DNA of 64,000 bases from Cenarchaeum sp. (lineage in GTDB: Archaea; Thermoproteota; Nitrososphaeria; Nitrososphaerales; Nitrosopumilaceae). Below the pieces are notes generated by a model. That model was not told where the DNA came from. It did not search any database and saw only the letters and a program-made list of their open reading frames with translations. Shown here piece by piece: positions 61,097-64,000 of the stretch. Each line of letters starts with the position of its first letter. Position 1 is the stretch's first letter. The translations under genes were made by a program, and so were the position numbers. The stretch is taken from the NCBI GenBank assembly GCA_965242695.1, contig CBDESU010000002.1, forward strand, positions 448,001-512,000, in the 5' to 3' direction.

Positions 61097-61386
61097 TGCG
61101 GCCCGCGCCGATGGCACCCCGGCGGGCGAAAGCGCGGGGCTGCGCCATCAAAAGCGCCCGCCGCAGTCATGGCAAGTCCGCATGCAAGACACGCATGACC
61201 TGTTCGCCATCCACCGCTGCAGCATTCAACAAAAAAAAACGGCCAAGGTGTGGCAACCAGGGACGAATCTGAGTTGCGCAAGCTTGGCCGCCCGTTGGCC
61301 CGCTCACACAAGATCATATCCAGAGACAACATTGCAGGCGATGCCAAGTGCATTGAACTGCCATCAAGCTTGGAAAGAAATCGATC

Positions 61387-61842
61387 CTATCCGCCAATAT
61401 GTACACATGCCTCAATCAATTTTAATATGGGGCCTATATTTTTAATACCATGTTCTTTTATTAAATCACCCAAGTGCGGGCTTTTGGTACGCAGTGCCTC
61501 TGCAACTTTGTTATCCTGCGCTTCTATCACCGACTCTGGGACTTTGCCTTGGTTGCAGGCCTCCTGTATGTTCGACAGGTTTCTGCGAACATAGTGTATG
61601 CCCTTGTTGGAGATTCTGTACGTTGTTGAGACACGGCCGAACACTGAGTCGGGCGGGCCGCTTTCTATATACCCTGCCGAATGGAGCTTGGAAAGCTCGT
61701 CGTCTTCGGCTCCCTCCGGCAGTGCCATTATTGCAGAATCGCAGCATCTCAGTAGCAGATTCTTGCTGTCGTACAGATTTGACGGGTGTTCAAACATCGT
61801 GAACAGCGTCCACAGCTGGAACGGCGTGAGGGCGGCGCTCAT
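61387..61842 (-). CDS. Winged-helix-like hypothetical protein
   Basis: ELSKLHSAGYIE...YRISNKGIHY. ATATATA lies 22-28 nt upstream. Confidence 0.6.
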   Translation of the reverse strand: MSAALTPFQLWTLFTMFEHPSNLYDSKNLLLRCCDSAIMALPEGAEDDELSKLHSAGYIESGPPDSVFGRVSTTYRISNKGIHYVRRNLSNIQEACNQGKVPESVIEAQDNKVAEALRTKSPHLGDLIKEHGIKNIGPILKLIEACVHIGG

Positions 61843-62385
61843 GAACGAGCGTTCAAGGTCGGCTATATATGCCTACTATTTAGGAGGGTGAGGCATGGCG
61901 CCGGCTGCCGGATGCGCGACGCCTGCAGTACGGTGGCAACAACAGCTGGCACGATGAGGTGCGGCGGGGCATGCCGGATGCGTGCAGGGCAAATCTGGGC
62001 TTGCAGGCATCGCCGGTCTGCGCTACTCGCAGGCGCGTTCGCGCCGCCCCCCTTGAAAGGGTAGTAAGTCGCTAGCCTTCGGAAGGCGGACATGCGACGG
62101 ATCGCCTGCCGCTACGCCCCCCAAGAAGAGAGGTACGCCTGACTCCACGATGCGGCAGCCAGCCTAGCGATGGCGATGTGATTGGCCATGCCACGGGGTA
62201 GCTCCACAACCCCCATACGGCGCTCTGCAACAGAGTCTCGGGCGCTCTTTGATGCGGACTCCCGTCATTCCTGCGGGGACGCCATCCCAAGCCCCGCCTA
62301 GGCAAGCAAGTGAAATTGTGCACCGAGCACAGGCCAAGCTGCATGGCCTGCCGGCCCCTACGGCAGATCCGGGATCAAAGGCGGG

Positions 62386-63015
62386 CTAGGCGCGCACGAG
62401 CAGCAGGCCCAGGCAGTCGGCCACGTTCCGGACTTCGTCGTCGTGGTCAAACGCGGACGAGCAGTGCAGCTCCGACGTGGCGCCTCTGCCGCATATGTTG
62501 AGGATGCACTTGCTGGCGGGTATGGCCTCGGGGCTTGTCGGGATGTGGTATGCGAAGGGGCCGCCGTGCAGCAGCAGGATGCCCAGCGTGTCGTCCGGAA
62601 GCTGCGCGAGCTTCTTGCGGACCTTTGCCCCGTCATGCTCGAGGTGCGTCGGGACACCTCCAAGGTTGGTCGGGACGCCCAGGCGTTGTCCAACGTCGAT
62701 GCTTTGCGGGGTCCCCGGATGCAGCTGGGCCGCCAGTATGTGGCCGTGCGCGTTCATGCCGTGCCACACTTGGATGTTGATCCAGCCGTCCAGCTGTATG
62801 TCGACATCGTGCCCGCCCGTCGACGCCTCGATGTCGGTAATCCGGTAACGCGCGCAGTCGTGTAGCCTCCTTGCATAGTGCGCGTGGACGTAGTGGCCGT
62901 AGGAGCCCCCGCTCGCCATCTTGTCGTAGAGCCTGTCCATGTTCGGCACGCGGGTGCGATTCTCCTTGACCCAGCGGAAGAGATCGCCGGGCGACCACGG
63001 CTGGCCGCTGTGCAT
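62386..63015 (-). CDS. Hypothetical protein, possible degenerate PD-(D/E)xK fold
   Basis: HDVDIQLDGWINIQVW. TAAATA lies 23-28 nt upstream of the ATG. Confidence 0.55.
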   Translation of the reverse strand: MHSGQPWSPGDLFRWVKENRTRVPNMDRLYDKMASGGSYGHYVHAHYARRLHDCARYRITDIEASTGGHDVDIQLDGWINIQVWHGMNAHGHILAAQLHPGTPQSIDVGQRLGVPTNLGGVPTHLEHDGAKVRKKLAQLPDDTLGILLLHGGPFAYHIPTSPEAIPASKCILNICGRGATSELHCSSAFDHDDEVRNVADCLGLLLVRA

Positions 63016-63162
63016 GCTGGCAGGGCGGAACCGGGCCTATTTAGTGAACGCGGGCGGGCTCCAAGGGGGCGGGGCCCCGATCCCCATCCCTCGCCGGCCG
63101 GAGCCCGGGGCGCATCCGCCGCCCGCCGCGGCCCGGCCGCCGGCATCGCGGGCGGGCGGGCG

Positions 63163-64000
63163 CTAGCCGGGCGATCGCCCCGGATCCCGCCGGTTCGGTG
63201 CGCCGAGTACGCTGTTGCAGAACCTGCGCGTGTTCCTCCACTTGAACGCCGACTCGATGTCGGGGGTCGCGTTTGCCCTGTCGTCTATGATCCCGACGAT
63301 GTCCTCTATCGCATCGCCGCCGCCGTCGTCGGCCTCGTCGCACTGCCCCGGCCAGTTCACGGCCCACGCGTCCTGCTCGACCGATGCCTTGAGCGGTATG
63401 TCGTGCATCGCGTACAGGCCGTTGCCGGGGTGGCCCGAGTGCGGTATGGCCCTCGTCAGGACGCCGTTGGCGCTCGGCGCCGCGGATATCCCGATCCACT
63501 GCGGCAGGCCGTGGTACATGGCCGCCTCGTCCACGGCCGGCCCGGTGACCAGGTTCTTGGCGTGCCGCAGGAACCTGCCGCATGCGACGCATCCCCTGAC
63601 CGGTATGTCCTCGCGTATGCTGTGCACTACGACCGGCCACGAGGCGCGGCTGAACGCGAACAAGAGGTCGCCGTAGCTCTTCCCCTCGGCCGTCACGAAC
63701 AGCGTGTCCGAAAAGGCCATGGTGCTCAGGCCGACGAGCGCCTTGTCTCCCTGCAAGAGGCCCCGGGCGTCCCGCAGCAGGCGCTTCCACTTCCTGTGCA
63801 CGGCCCTTCCGTCGCCGCCCCTCCAGGAGCCCTTGACCCCGAGGACGTCTATGATCGCCACTATCCCGTCGCTTTCCATGTCGGCCGGGCCGTCGTCGCG
63901 CGCCGGCCTCGAGTTCTTCTTGCGCTTGTACTCCTCCCACTCGCGGAACGGCGCCGAGGTCCTGCGGAGGAACTCTAGGTCGATCATCTTCGGGTCCCTG
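63163..64000 (-). CDS. Class III cyclase-like protein (paralog of 28015..29247), probably 5'-truncated by the window edge
   Basis: IIDVLG, FSDTLFV, VRGCVACG, GPAVDEAA...QWIG, WAVNWP and KWRNT. The frame stays open to 64000. Confidence 0.75.
   Translation of the reverse strand, partial: RDPKMIDLEFLRRTSAPFREWEEYKRKKNSRPARDDGPADMESDGIVAIIDVLGVKGSWRGGDGRAVHRKWKRLLRDARGLLQGDKALVGLSTMAFSDTLFVTAEGKSYGDLLFAFSRASWPVVVHSIREDIPVRGCVACGRFLRHAKNLVTGPAVDEAAMYHGLPQWIGISAAPSANGVLTRAIPHSGHPGNGLYAMHDIPLKASVEQDAWAVNWPGQCDEADDGGGDAIEDIVGIIDDRANATPDIESAFKWRNTRRFCNSVLGAPNRRDPGRSPG

Noticed and set aside
62878-63978. 366-aa plus-strand ORF and similar long antisense ORFs (e.g. 14519-15580, 45338-46411, 52202-53188)
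   Set aside because: They are antisense shadows of motif-bearing genes in high-GC DNA, with no motifs of their own.

Overview
GC-rich, densely packed anti-viral/conflict island, with most genes on the minus strand. It is probably archaeal: TATA-like boxes sit about 22-31 nt upstream of many start codons. All family assignments come from motifs read by eye, with no database search. Contents: four large STAND/Avs-like NTPases (two TIR-STAND paralogs, two nuclease-STAND); a DUF262+HEPN pair; a TGT-like + QueC pair converging on a SIR2-like / TIR / membrane protein / TIR (Thoeris-like) cluster; two tandem OLD-family ATPase-TOPRIM genes; a TPR-Schlafen(AlbA_2) protein; a KAP-like NTPase; several PD-(D/E)xK-like nucleases; two class III cyclase-like paralogs; and IS3 (decayed), IS630 and IS5-like elements. 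The main novel signal is a two-gene cassette present three times: a ~150-aa CxxC...CxxC Zn-ribbon gene translationally coupled to a SocA/DUF4065/YwgA-like winged-helix domain. The winged helix is fused to TIR-STAND in one copy and to TPR-AlbA_2 in another. In the third copy it is free-standing ahead of a TGT-like gene and is split by two IS insertions whose removal restores the reading frame. The second candidate system is QueC/TGT next to TIR proteins that begin Met-Gly, suggesting possible deazaguanylation-controlled TIR signalling. No rRNA, tRNA or CRISPR array was recognised.
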